A DNA stretch of 64,000 nucleotides from the IMG/VR virus record IMGVR_UViG_3300023179_000035, positions 32,001-96,000 of that record; one strand, written 5' to 3'. The position numbers and the translations under genes are program-made. This stretch comes from a virus. Of this stretch, positions 18,766-27,646 are shown one piece after another. How positions within the stretch are numbered: the first letter of the stretch is position 1; the number at the start of each line of letters is the position of its first letter. The notes beneath the pieces were generated by a model. That model was given only the letters and a program-made list of their open reading frames with translations, searched no databases and was not told the origin of the DNA.

Positions 18766-20418
18766 ATGGCCTTCGAACGCATTCGCTGCCCCCGCTGCGA
18801 CCTAACATTTGGACAAGAAGCTCGGTTCCTCGACCACCTGGTCGATGTCCACGGGATCCCGGATCATCTAGCCCTGTACCTTGAGCTCCACCACTGTGGC
18901 ATTCACCCGACCTGTCAGTGCTCGTCTGATTGTCAGGAGAAGCTGTCTTGGTCCGGGTGGAAGAAAGGGTTCCTGTCAAAGTTCGTCCGTGGCCACAACG
19001 CTCGCGTCGACTCTGTCTACCTCGACCCCGCACGCCAGGCTGAGTTCGCCAAGAAGAGGGCCGACGGCTACGCTGGCGGTAAGTACAAGGTCTGGAACGA
19101 CGGTCTGACCAAAGAGACGTCTGCGAAGGTTGCAGGTATGGCCGTGAAGACGTCTGCCACCCTTCAGGAGCTGTACTCTTCTGGTTATAACTCTTGGCAG
19201 AGTGGGAAGACGAAGGAAGAAGACCCCCGTGTTGCCAACATGGCCGCGTCCAGGGTTGCAGCGTTACGAGCGGGTGAGATCCATGTTTGGAACAAGGGCC
19301 TGACAAAGGAGGATGACCCGCGTGTTGAGCTGTTGTCGCAGAAGCTTTCAGCCTTAAAGCAGGCTTACGACCCGCGTCGCTTAACGCCGGCGGAGCTGCT
19401 GAATCGAGTCGAACAGTTTCCGCAGTTCTCACTCGTCACCCCGCCTAGTGAGTACCGCAACAAGTACCAGCGACTCAAGTTCAAGTGCATTGAATGTGGG
19501 ACCGAGCAGGAGAAGAACCTCATGATGCTAGAGTCTACTCCCGTCTGCTTCTCCTGCCACCCCAAAGAGTCCAAGGGCCAGCTGGAGCTCCTGGAGTTCG
19601 TCCGGTCCCTTGGGGTGGAAGCTGCCTCCAACGACAGGACGGTCCTGGCTCCCCTGGAGGTGGACGTCTGGGTCCCGTCCCACAAGTTCGGTGTGGAGTA
19701 CAACGGCCTCTACTGGCACTCCTCCCTCGTCATCGCAGACCAGAAGTACCACCAGGCCAAGCACGACGCTGCCCGAGCGGCAGGAGTCAGTCTCTTCAGC
19801 GTCTACGAGGACGAGTGGAGGGACAGGCGTCCCGTCGTGGAGGGCATGCTACGCCACCGCCTCAAGATGCCTGTCGAAGTGTTGGACGCCCGCAAGCTGA
19901 GGGTGGAGCAGCTGGACTCGGCCGTCGCTACAGGCTTCTTCCAGGCCTCCCACCTGGAGGGGGCGACACGCAGCGTCGCATCTTTCGGCCTCGTCGATGG
20001 GTCCGGCCGCGTGGTGGCCGCTTCTTCCCTCCGCCGCCCCTTCCACAAGCGGCACTCGGACACGCTTGAGGTGGCCAGGTCAGCCACCCTGCCTGGCGTC
20101 GCAGTCAGGGGCTGGCTAGGGAAGCTGACGCCTCACCTGGCCCGCTACGCTTCTTCTGCTGGCATGAAGGGCCTGATGACATACGTCGACGGCCGCGTCG
20201 GCGCCGGCGTTGGCTACGAGGCAGCCGGGTGGAAGCTGGAGCGGGCCTCTACCGGCCCCCGCTTCTGGTGGACAGACTTCGAGCGCAGGTACAACCGCTT
20301 TAAGTTCAAGGCCGATAAGTCCCGTGGCATGACGCAGGCCCAGGTGGCCCAGGAGGCGGGGGTCGTCGAGATCTATGGGTGCTCCAACTCCTCCTGGCGA
20401 CTTGACGTCGTACCGTAG
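18766..20418 (+). CDS. Free-standing Hef/Vsr-like putative homing endonuclease
   Basis: C2H2 finger, WNxGLTKE repeats, EVDVWVP...VEYNGLYWH...VYEDEW. Paralogue of the 16137-18119 gene. Upstream promoter-like TTGCAC-N17-TACATT. Confidence 0.75.
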   Translation: MAFERIRCPRCDLTFGQEARFLDHLVDVHGIPDHLALYLELHHCGIHPTCQCSSDCQEKLSWSGWKKGFLSKFVRGHNARVDSVYLDPARQAEFAKKRADGYAGGKYKVWNDGLTKETSAKVAGMAVKTSATLQELYSSGYNSWQSGKTKEEDPRVANMAASRVAALRAGEIHVWNKGLTKEDDPRVELLSQKLSALKQAYDPRRLTPAELLNRVEQFPQFSLVTPPSEYRNKYQRLKFKCIECGTEQEKNLMMLESTPVCFSCHPKESKGQLELLEFVRSLGVEAASNDRTVLAPLEVDVWVPSHKFGVEYNGLYWHSSLVIADQKYHQAKHDAARAAGVSLFSVYEDEWRDRRPVVEGMLRHRLKMPVEVLDARKLRVEQLDSAVATGFFQASHLEGATRSVASFGLVDGSGRVVAASSLRRPFHKRHSDTLEVARSATLPGVAVRGWLGKLTPHLARYASSAGMKGLMTYVDGRVGAGVGYEAAGWKLERASTGPRFWWTDFERRYNRFKFKADKSRGMTQAQVAQEAGVVEIYGCSNSSWRLDVVP

Positions 20419-20478
20419 GTCCCGCTGCAGGCCATCAGCTCCCCCGTTCCCAGATATTTAAACATCAGGGAGTTTGAC

Positions 20479-23400
20479 ATGTCAATATCAGCGAAGTACA
20501 CACCTGGCCAGGGTCTTGTCCAGTTCAATGGCGAGGATGGGGGCGTCGACTTTGGCGGCGCCCCTGTCAGTGGCTCTTTTGTCGGCGCCTTCAGCGGCTC
20601 CCACACCGTCGTCGGCGATGGATCGCCTTTCCTGGTGGCCGGGGCGAACGTCGTCATCACCACCGGGTCCAATGGGTCTATCACAGTAGCGGCCCCGGCC
20701 GTGCCGGCCTCCCCCGTCGGCCTTGACAAACAGGTCCAGTTCAATGACAGCGGCTCTCTGGCCGGCGACCCTGGCCTGACGTACGACAGGTACGATGGCC
20801 TCCTGACGGCGACGAAGGTCGGCACAACTTCCATCACGGCGGCCAGCGTCATTGTCTCGGGCACCACCGGTGGGCCGGGTGGAGGCTACCTCCAGATGCT
20901 ACCCGTCGATGCCGCGGGATCCATCCCGGCTAACCTGACCGCTTCATACGTCTACACCTCAGGCTCCACCAACGACCTCTATTTCACGCAGTACCAGGGA
21001 CCATACACCAACACCACACGTCTCCGGTGGCTGGAGAGCTACATGAGCACCGGCATCCTACACGGCGGCGTGGTATCCACGACCCCGGGAACAACGACAT
21101 TCAGCGTCGCTGCCGGTGAGGGAATCGTCGTCGCCCAGAACGCCTCCACTTCATCGTCACCGTACCCGACCATAAAGCTGGTCAAGTGGGATAATTTCGT
21201 AAACGTGCCGCTGGCGTACTCAGCCTCCGCCAAGATCACATACATTGGCATTGGTCCCGACGGGGACCTGATACAACAAACTCTTCCGTGGGGCTCCATC
21301 AACATCAATCAACACGATGAGGCGATTGACCTGGCTGCCGTCTTGCACCTCTCCGGAAATCTCACCACCGGTGTCTTCAATGCCCCGCAGGTCTCCTACG
21401 CCTCTAACCAGCAAACTGACGACTTCTTGCGTGCCTTTGGGCCCATGAAGCTATCGGGCCACACACTGGAAGCCTCAGGCTCCACGCTGGGCATCGTAAA
21501 GGCGGCCGGCAGGTCTTTCAAGCTGGGTGCCAACTACACGGTCGACCCGAGCCATCCCTCGACAATCGTCGAGGACACACCGGTGACTGTCTCCAAGATC
21601 GCTCGCTACTACGTCAGCGGCTCCACGCCCATCATCGACGTTGGCCCCGGGGCGGCAGGTTACACTTACATCGACCCGACACACTACAACAACAACGGCA
21701 CGCTCACCCTCGTCCCGAGCGGGTCCTGGACAATCCAACGCGTCTTCTGGGTGCCAAACTCTCCGACGGGCCTCTTCCTCGTCTACTACGGCAACACGGC
21801 CTACGCTGACGCATCCTCAGCCCAGGGTGGCATCAACAACGAACCGTTCATCGAGGCGCCCAACTCTGCTCAGAACGCGATCCTCTTGGGGTACATCATC
21901 CTCAGAGAGGACTGCACGGACCTCTCTGACGGGTTGGTCATCATCCAGCAAGCCGGGCTCTTCAGGCAGGTCGGTGGCGTAGGCGTCAGCGCCCAGCCAA
22001 CGGTTCCCACCCAACTGCAAGAGCTCGGAGACGTTTCCATCAGCGCCGGCTCCACGGGCGATATGTTGGTCTTCAATCAGACGACGGGCTTCTGGAGCAA
22101 CTCAAAGACACTCCAGAGCTTCACGGTCGGCACCGCCAACACGACTACGACCAACGCCACGACTGTGAACGCGTCGTACTTGACAGGCTCTCTCACGAAG
22201 CTGTCTGATGGATCGTCCTACCTCGTGGCCGGAGGAAACATGAGCGTCGTGACCGGCTCTAATGGGTCAGTCACGTTAGCCACGGTCAACAGCGGCACGA
22301 TACACGGAGTGACGGCCGGAACAGGCCTGACTGGCGGAGGAACATCAGGCGTCATCGTGGTGAACCTTTCGAACACCGGATCGGCCGGAACATACGGATC
22401 CGCTTCGCAAGTTCCCGTGTTCGTGACGGATCCGCAGGGTAGAGTAACCGCGGTATCAAACACGTCAATTCAGATAACCGAATCTCAGGTCACTGGCCTG
22501 GTGACCGACCTGGGGAACATAACGGGTTCTATTAATTCATTGTCTAGCTCGCTGGCTTCCCAGAAGGCCGACAAGATCACGACGATATCAGCTGGAACCG
22601 GGCTGGCTGGTGGTGGAGACCTCTCTGCAAACCGCACCATATCGATGCCCAACGTTGGGACCGCCGGGACCTACGGCTCCGCCGCGCTTGTCCCTGTCTT
22701 CACCACCGACGCGCAGGGCAGGGTTACAGCCGTGACCAACACTTCTGCCTCGCTGGATGCCTCCCAGGTGACCTCAGGAATTCTTTCTGTCGCCAGGGGT
22801 GGTACTGGATTGTCTTCTTCCGGATTATCTGGAAGCATCCTCACGAGCAACGGGACGGGTTGGGCCAGCTCGGTCCTGACCATCAACTCAGCCACGGCGG
22901 TCAACAACTCCGCTACTGCGTCGATATCTGTGGCTGACCCCACCCACTCCCATCCAGTATCATCGACCACAGCGGTCAATAACTCTGCCACGGCGTCGAT
23001 CTCGGTCACAGACCCGACCCACTCACACCCAATCTCTTCAACCACAGCCACCGTCCAGCCCCTGACTCTGGCGGCGCACGAGTCGTTTAACATCGCACAG
23101 AACATCGGCACCACCCTCGCTACGATCACCTTACCCGGTTCTACACCAGTCAGCCCATCGGCTCAGCCTGGAGTGCCAAGAAACATACAGGTCAACTTTG
23201 GCAACAACTGGAACGGCGGAAACATAACGGTGGCCGGCACAGACGTCTTTGGAAATGTGGTGTCAGAGACCTTCACGTCAAATCCCGGCAACCTCGCCGT
23301 CGGAACAAAGATCTTCTCTCTCATCAACGCCAACGGTATCACCCACACCTTGAACGGTACAGGCGGAGCTGGGCATAACGCAACGGTCCAGCTTGACTCC

Positions 23401-23748
23401 TACATCGGCGTCCTGAACATCCCAGTCGCTTCTTTCTTGAAGACGTCTGTCGCCGGGCTCAACGATTCCTTCTCATCCACCAACCTATCGAGCGGCAGCT
23501 TCGGAACCACCACGTCAATCAATGGGAACGTTGTCGACGTCTGGTACACCTACCAGGTGACCCCGGTCCAGAACTCACACACCCACGTGATAACCAGCGG
23601 GTCAACTGGCATCACTGCGACCGACGCAGGCCACAACCACACACAGAACTCCCACACGCACGTGCTGACCAGCGGCTCTACAGGGATCACCGCAAGTGAC
23701 GCAGGCCACAACCACACGCAGGCTTCGCATACCCATACACACAGCTAA
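20479..23748 (+). CDS. Tail fibre protein with HxH-motif needle tip
   Basis: Gly/Thr/Ser-rich. Two GTYGSAxxVPVFxTDxQGRVTAVxNT shaft repeats, AGTGLxGGG motifs and multiple HSH/HTH/HNH motifs near the C-terminus. Confidence 0.75.
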   Translation: MSISAKYTPGQGLVQFNGEDGGVDFGGAPVSGSFVGAFSGSHTVVGDGSPFLVAGANVVITTGSNGSITVAAPAVPASPVGLDKQVQFNDSGSLAGDPGLTYDRYDGLLTATKVGTTSITAASVIVSGTTGGPGGGYLQMLPVDAAGSIPANLTASYVYTSGSTNDLYFTQYQGPYTNTTRLRWLESYMSTGILHGGVVSTTPGTTTFSVAAGEGIVVAQNASTSSSPYPTIKLVKWDNFVNVPLAYSASAKITYIGIGPDGDLIQQTLPWGSININQHDEAIDLAAVLHLSGNLTTGVFNAPQVSYASNQQTDDFLRAFGPMKLSGHTLEASGSTLGIVKAAGRSFKLGANYTVDPSHPSTIVEDTPVTVSKIARYYVSGSTPIIDVGPGAAGYTYIDPTHYNNNGTLTLVPSGSWTIQRVFWVPNSPTGLFLVYYGNTAYADASSAQGGINNEPFIEAPNSAQNAILLGYIILREDCTDLSDGLVIIQQAGLFRQVGGVGVSAQPTVPTQLQELGDVSISAGSTGDMLVFNQTTGFWSNSKTLQSFTVGTANTTTTNATTVNASYLTGSLTKLSDGSSYLVAGGNMSVVTGSNGSVTLATVNSGTIHGVTAGTGLTGGGTSGVIVVNLSNTGSAGTYGSASQVPVFVTDPQGRVTAVSNTSIQITESQVTGLVTDLGNITGSINSLSSSLASQKADKITTISAGTGLAGGGDLSANRTISMPNVGTAGTYGSAALVPVFTTDAQGRVTAVTNTSASLDASQVTSGILSVARGGTGLSSSGLSGSILTSNGTGWASSVLTINSATAVNNSATASISVADPTHSHPVSSTTAVNNSATASISVTDPTHSHPISSTTATVQPLTLAAHESFNIAQNIGTTLATITLPGSTPVSPSAQPGVPRNIQVNFGNNWNGGNITVAGTDVFGNVVSETFTSNPGNLAVGTKIFSLINANGITHTLNGTGGAGHNATVQLDSYIGVLNIPVASFLKTSVAGLNDSFSSTNLSSGSFGTTTSINGNVVDVWYTYQVTPVQNSHTHVITSGSTGITATDAGHNHTQNSHTHVLTSGSTGITASDAGHNHTQASHTHTHS
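22888..23037 (+). repeat. 2 x 75-bp (25-aa) tandem duplication in the fibre gene
   Basis: SATAVNNSATASISVADPTHSHPVS / STTAVNNSATASISVTDPTHSHPIS. Confidence 0.85.
23569..23718 (+). repeat. 2 x 75-bp (25-aa) tandem duplication at the fibre C-terminus
   Basis: QNSHTHVITSGSTGITATDAGHNHT / QNSHTHVLTSGSTGITASDAGHNHT. Confidence 0.85.
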
Positions 23749-23757
23749 GGGATTGCC

Positions 23758-25857
23758 TTACAGCCCGTACGTCGCCTTGTCGTTGAGCCACAGCTGTTGG
23801 ACCTGCGCATCAGTAAGCGCGGCGAATTCACCATAGACCTCTACCTTACCGATGTCGCCCAGGAAGTAGCCGCTGTCAAACAGCCCGCCACCCCAGCCCA
23901 CCCATGAGGCGATACGCCAGTACGCACCTTCGTACTGGTATGGTGACGCGGTGATCGTCCCCTCGAGGTTTCCGTCGACGTAGATCTTCACGGTGCCTGT
24001 CCCAGTCGCCTGCGTGTTTGGGTCGAAGATGCAGGATGCGACGCAGTGGTGCCACACGCCGTCGTTGACGGGAGTCGTCGACAGGACCGTCCGCTGCATC
24101 GTGTCGAACACGCCGAACCCCAAGAGGCCCGTCGTGTCCTGCACGAACATGTGCCGATCATAACCCGAAGAGCCCTGGCCCACCTGGTTGTTCTCGAACC
24201 CGATGATCTTGCGGTCTGTCCACGGGGTCTTGACCCAGGCGGCCACGGTGAAGGTGTTCATCCCGGGTGACATGAGAGCTGATGTGTACGCATACTGTCC
24301 AGACATGTCTCCGCCGTAAGTCACCCGTGGTGGTGATGCTGAGACTGTAGGCCCGTTGACGAGATGTGCAGCGTTTCCGGGTGCACCGATGAGACCCGCG
24401 TAGGCTCCCGTGTCGGGTATAATTCCTGCGTCGTAGTTGGCTGGATCCCACCTGAAGTAGGGTGTTGGCAGCGATACTGGGGGAAGCGGATACCTGCTCT
24501 TTAGGCTCTCGTAGCTTCCTGAGACGTCTACACTGCTAAGCGCCCTGTCGTAGATCTTGACGAAGGGTATCGAGCCAGACACGTAGGACGTAGCGTCGTT
24601 GTAACCGTCCCACCGACGCCCGATGTTGACGTCTCCACCAGACGTCAGGCTGACCGAGCTCCACGCCGTCGAACCGCTGCTCGCTCCGTTGATGTAGAAC
24701 TTGACGTCTGACCCGTCGTACGTCGCGGCGAGGTGATACCACGTGTCCGTTACTGGGGTTAGAGTGTTAGGCGCGTTCTGCCAGCCGCCGCCCATAACGT
24801 TCTTGTACAGCCCACCAGCAATCTCGCTAGTGTCGTTGTTGCCTATCGAGAAGTTGACGTCATTGCCCCCATAATTGTTGGTAATCACGCCCAATGAACT
24901 AATGTTTGTCACGTCGCTGAACTTGACCCAGGTCTCCACCGTCCACCGTGTCAGGTCACCGAGGTCAGGCACTGTGGCGGCCTGGGTGCTGTCGGCATCG
25001 AACAGGATCGTGCCGCTGTTCGCCGAGCTGTAGGCCGGAGAGTTGAGCAGCGTCGCGTCGTTGTGCCACAGCCCGAGGTCGGACCACGTGGACCCGCTGC
25101 CGGGATAAGACGCCGGGATCGCTGCATCTAGGTAGACGAGCGGGCCGGCATACCTCGTGTTGAGGGAGTTGTAGCTGTTCGTCACCTCGGTCGCGGTGAT
25201 CGGCCTGTCGTACAGCCTGACCACAGCGATGTCCCCATCGGTGAATGAGCTGTCACCATCGTACTGCCCGATCTGCAGGTAGCTGGTCCGTGTGGTGACG
25301 GAGCACGTCTTGGTGTCAGACGCCACGAGGACGCCGTCCCTGTACAGCTTGGACAGGCCAGAGGCCCTGTCCCATGTCCCCACGAGGTGGTACCAGACCC
25401 CAGTCTCGATGGGTCCGGGGTCGAAGACCTGTTCGCCTGCCGCGACCTCCCACCTGATCTCTCCGCCGCTGGTGTAGATCAGGTTCATGTAGCCCGGGCT
25501 GTTAAAGACGACGATGCCCTGTTGCACTGCGAGGTCACGGAACTTGACGTAGACCTCCATCGTGAAGCCCTCCGTCAGGTCGACCGTCACGTCGCTCGGC
25601 GTTGTGGCGAAACCGTCTGTACCGTTGAAGTCTACTCTACCGCTGTGGTAGGCGTATCCGCCCTGCAGCGTCGCTGGGACCCCACTAATCAGGTCTGTCC
25701 ACGTCGTCCCAGCCCCTGGGTATGAAGTTGGGTTGCCGGCGTCAAAGAAGAGGACAGGCCCGCGGAGAGCTGCCTGATTCTCTTGGTAGCTAAACCCGTT
25801 GCCGAAGCCGTACGACTGGGCGAAGTTGAACGTCTGGTTGAAGCCAAAGTTCGACAT
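23758..25857 (-). CDS. Protein with three LamG/concanavalin-A-like domains (virion adhesin candidate)
   Basis: Three copies of the WYH..TWD...LY.DG / IG / G.I..V..YDR pattern; two DAxxPxSYPGxGxTWxDL starts. Confidence 0.8.
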   Translation of the reverse strand: MSNFGFNQTFNFAQSYGFGNGFSYQENQAALRGPVLFFDAGNPTSYPGAGTTWTDLISGVPATLQGGYAYHSGRVDFNGTDGFATTPSDVTVDLTEGFTMEVYVKFRDLAVQQGIVVFNSPGYMNLIYTSGGEIRWEVAAGEQVFDPGPIETGVWYHLVGTWDRASGLSKLYRDGVLVASDTKTCSVTTRTSYLQIGQYDGDSSFTDGDIAVVRLYDRPITATEVTNSYNSLNTRYAGPLVYLDAAIPASYPGSGSTWSDLGLWHNDATLLNSPAYSSANSGTILFDADSTQAATVPDLGDLTRWTVETWVKFSDVTNISSLGVITNNYGGNDVNFSIGNNDTSEIAGGLYKNVMGGGWQNAPNTLTPVTDTWYHLAATYDGSDVKFYINGASSGSTAWSSVSLTSGGDVNIGRRWDGYNDATSYVSGSIPFVKIYDRALSSVDVSGSYESLKSRYPLPPVSLPTPYFRWDPANYDAGIIPDTGAYAGLIGAPGNAAHLVNGPTVSASPPRVTYGGDMSGQYAYTSALMSPGMNTFTVAAWVKTPWTDRKIIGFENNQVGQGSSGYDRHMFVQDTTGLLGFGVFDTMQRTVLSTTPVNDGVWHHCVASCIFDPNTQATGTGTVKIYVDGNLEGTITASPYQYEGAYWRIASWVGWGGGLFDSGYFLGDIGKVEVYGEFAALTDAQVQQLWLNDKATYGL

Positions 25858-25858
25858 C

Positions 25859-26251
25859 TCAGCCGACGCCGCCGTAGCCGTTCGACCCCGTGATTGTCAC
25901 AAAGTTCCTAGACGGGATGAACGTCAGCCCGCCGATGACTGTGTACGTCGGCGTGCCAGCTGAGCCTGAGATGAAGAGCCTGTCTACTCGCATGTCTGCC
26001 GAGAAAGACTCCGTGCCGTTGAGGATGAAGTAGTTGGAGTTGCTGGGCAGCAGGCCGTTCTCAGTGAAGGCCACTGCGATGTTAGAGCCGCTCGGGCTGG
26101 TGTTCCTGACGATGATGAACCTGGCGACGTAGCCGAAGTCTATCTCGTGGACATCCCCCAAGGCCACCTGGGAAGACGTGACGTACGGGGTGGCAGATAT
26201 CTGGTAAGAGGAGACGTAACCCTCGGCTGGGACAGCATAATTTAGTGGCAT
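25859..26251 (-). CDS. Small beta-rich virion-associated protein
   Basis: 130 aa; ATAGTTA motif on the minus strand at 26271-26277; co-oriented with the LamG gene. Confidence 0.65.
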   Translation of the reverse strand: MPLNYAVPAEGYVSSYQISATPYVTSSQVALGDVHEIDFGYVARFIIVRNTSPSGSNIAVAFTENGLLPSNSNYFILNGTESFSADMRVDRLFISGSAGTPTYTVIGGLTFIPSRNFVTITGSNGYGGVG

Positions 26252-26473
26252 CTAATCACCTTGCTGCTCTTAACTATCTAGGACGCTTCTTAGTTGTAGC
26301 TTCTTCCTACTCTGGTTATTGTTAGATAATTGTGTAGCTGCAGTGGGCAGAAGTAAACGTGTCTCATGGCAGGAATATTCCTAGTGCCCCCAGGGGCGGC
26401 TATTTGCAGTTTGGTAATAAGTTTTACTGGCCGCTGCCCAAGAGTGTAGGTTTGGCGGCAGGAGAGCAACAGC

Positions 26474-27346
26474 ATGTCAGACGACCGCGAGAATCGCAAC
26501 GCAGTGTTCCAGGGACAGGTTTCAGCCCCGCCGGGAGTCCAGCCGGGCATGCCGACGACGACGATGGCCGACAGGGTCAAGGCGGACTTTGGCCTCGACA
26601 TTCCGGTGGAGCTCGTCCCCCTGCCGTCCAGCGGCAGGGTCTACCCGCAGGGGTCAGCCCTGGCCGACAGGGAAGCCTTGGAGATTCGGGCCATGACAGC
26701 CCGCGAGGAGGACATCCTGACCAGTAGGGCCCTCCTGAAGAAGGGCACCGCCATCACTGAGCTCATCCGGTCATGCATCGTCGACAAGAGCGTCAACGTG
26801 TCTGACATGCTGATCGGTGACAGGAACGCCCTGATGGTGGCCGTTAGGATCACGGGGTACGGCCCTGAGTACCCAGTGGAGCTGGAGTGTCCAGACTGCG
26901 ACACTAACACCCAACACACCTTCAACCTGGCCGAGCTCCAGATCCGCAGGCTGGCGATCGACCCCGTGGTCGAGGGCAGCAACGCCTTCGAGTTCGCCCT
27001 GCCCGTCTCCAAGAAGAACGTCCGCTTCAAGTTCCTGACGGGACGGGACGAGGACGACATGATGGCCCTGGCCGAGAAGCAGAAGAAGCATGGGCTCGGC
27101 AACGAGTCAGCCGTCACCACAGCGCTACAGTACGCTATCGTGGCTGTGGACGGCGTGACCGACAGGGCCAAGATCTCTAACTTCATCAAGAGCATGCCGG
27201 CCCGCGACTCTAGGGCCCTTCGCACTTACATCAAAGACAACGAGCCAGGCATCGTGATGCGGCAGGACGTGGCCTGCGACAAGTGCGGCCACTCAGAGGA
27301 GGTCGACATGCCGCTCGGCGTCAACTTTTTTTGGCCTTCGACATGA
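26474..27346 (+). CDS. Tail assembly chaperone / gp26-like baseplate hub assembly protein
   Basis: VPLPSSG..YP, MTAREEDILTS, GDRNAL...RITGYG and CxxC pairs; ends NFFWP; lies upstream of the tape measure gene. Confidence 0.75.
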   Translation: MSDDRENRNAVFQGQVSAPPGVQPGMPTTTMADRVKADFGLDIPVELVPLPSSGRVYPQGSALADREALEIRAMTAREEDILTSRALLKKGTAITELIRSCIVDKSVNVSDMLIGDRNALMVAVRITGYGPEYPVELECPDCDTNTQHTFNLAELQIRRLAIDPVVEGSNAFEFALPVSKKNVRFKFLTGRDEDDMMALAEKQKKHGLGNESAVTTALQYAIVAVDGVTDRAKISNFIKSMPARDSRALRTYIKDNEPGIVMRQDVACDKCGHSEEVDMPLGVNFFWPST

Positions 27347-27602
27347 GGACAGGGAGGGGATCATCCTTGAGCCCACTTTCCTGCTGATGTACTACGGTGG
27401 TTTCACCTTCACAGAGGCCTACAACATACCCGTCTCCTACAAGAGGTGGTTCGTAGACCGCCTCGTCCAAGAGCTGACGCGGAAGGGGCCGGACGGCTCC
27501 GATGCCCCGACCCGGGCCGCCCACGCAGACACCCCAGATGTCAGGGCCATGCAGGGGCGGTCTCGGGAGCAGGTACCGTCCCGCCTGAGGCGCTTTACGT
27601 GA
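27327..27602 (+). CDS. Chaperone C-terminal extension, probably reached by a frameshift at the U7 run (or from ATG 27387)
   Basis: The +1 frame is open from the T7 run: FFGLRHEDREGIILEPTFLLMYYGGFTFTEAYNIPVSYKRWFVDRL... Confidence 0.6.
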   Translation, partial: FFGLRHEDREGIILEPTFLLMYYGGFTFTEAYNIPVSYKRWFVDRLVQELTRKGPDGSDAPTRAAHADTPDVRAMQGRSREQVPSRLRRFT

Positions 27603-27646
27603 CCCTTTTGCTGCGTCTCCACTACTTAGTCTGACAGGGGTGACGC

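Noticed and set aside
27343-27387. ATG overlapping the chaperone stop as start of the next gene
   Set aside because: That frame closes after 14 codons; the protein-like sequence is in another frame.
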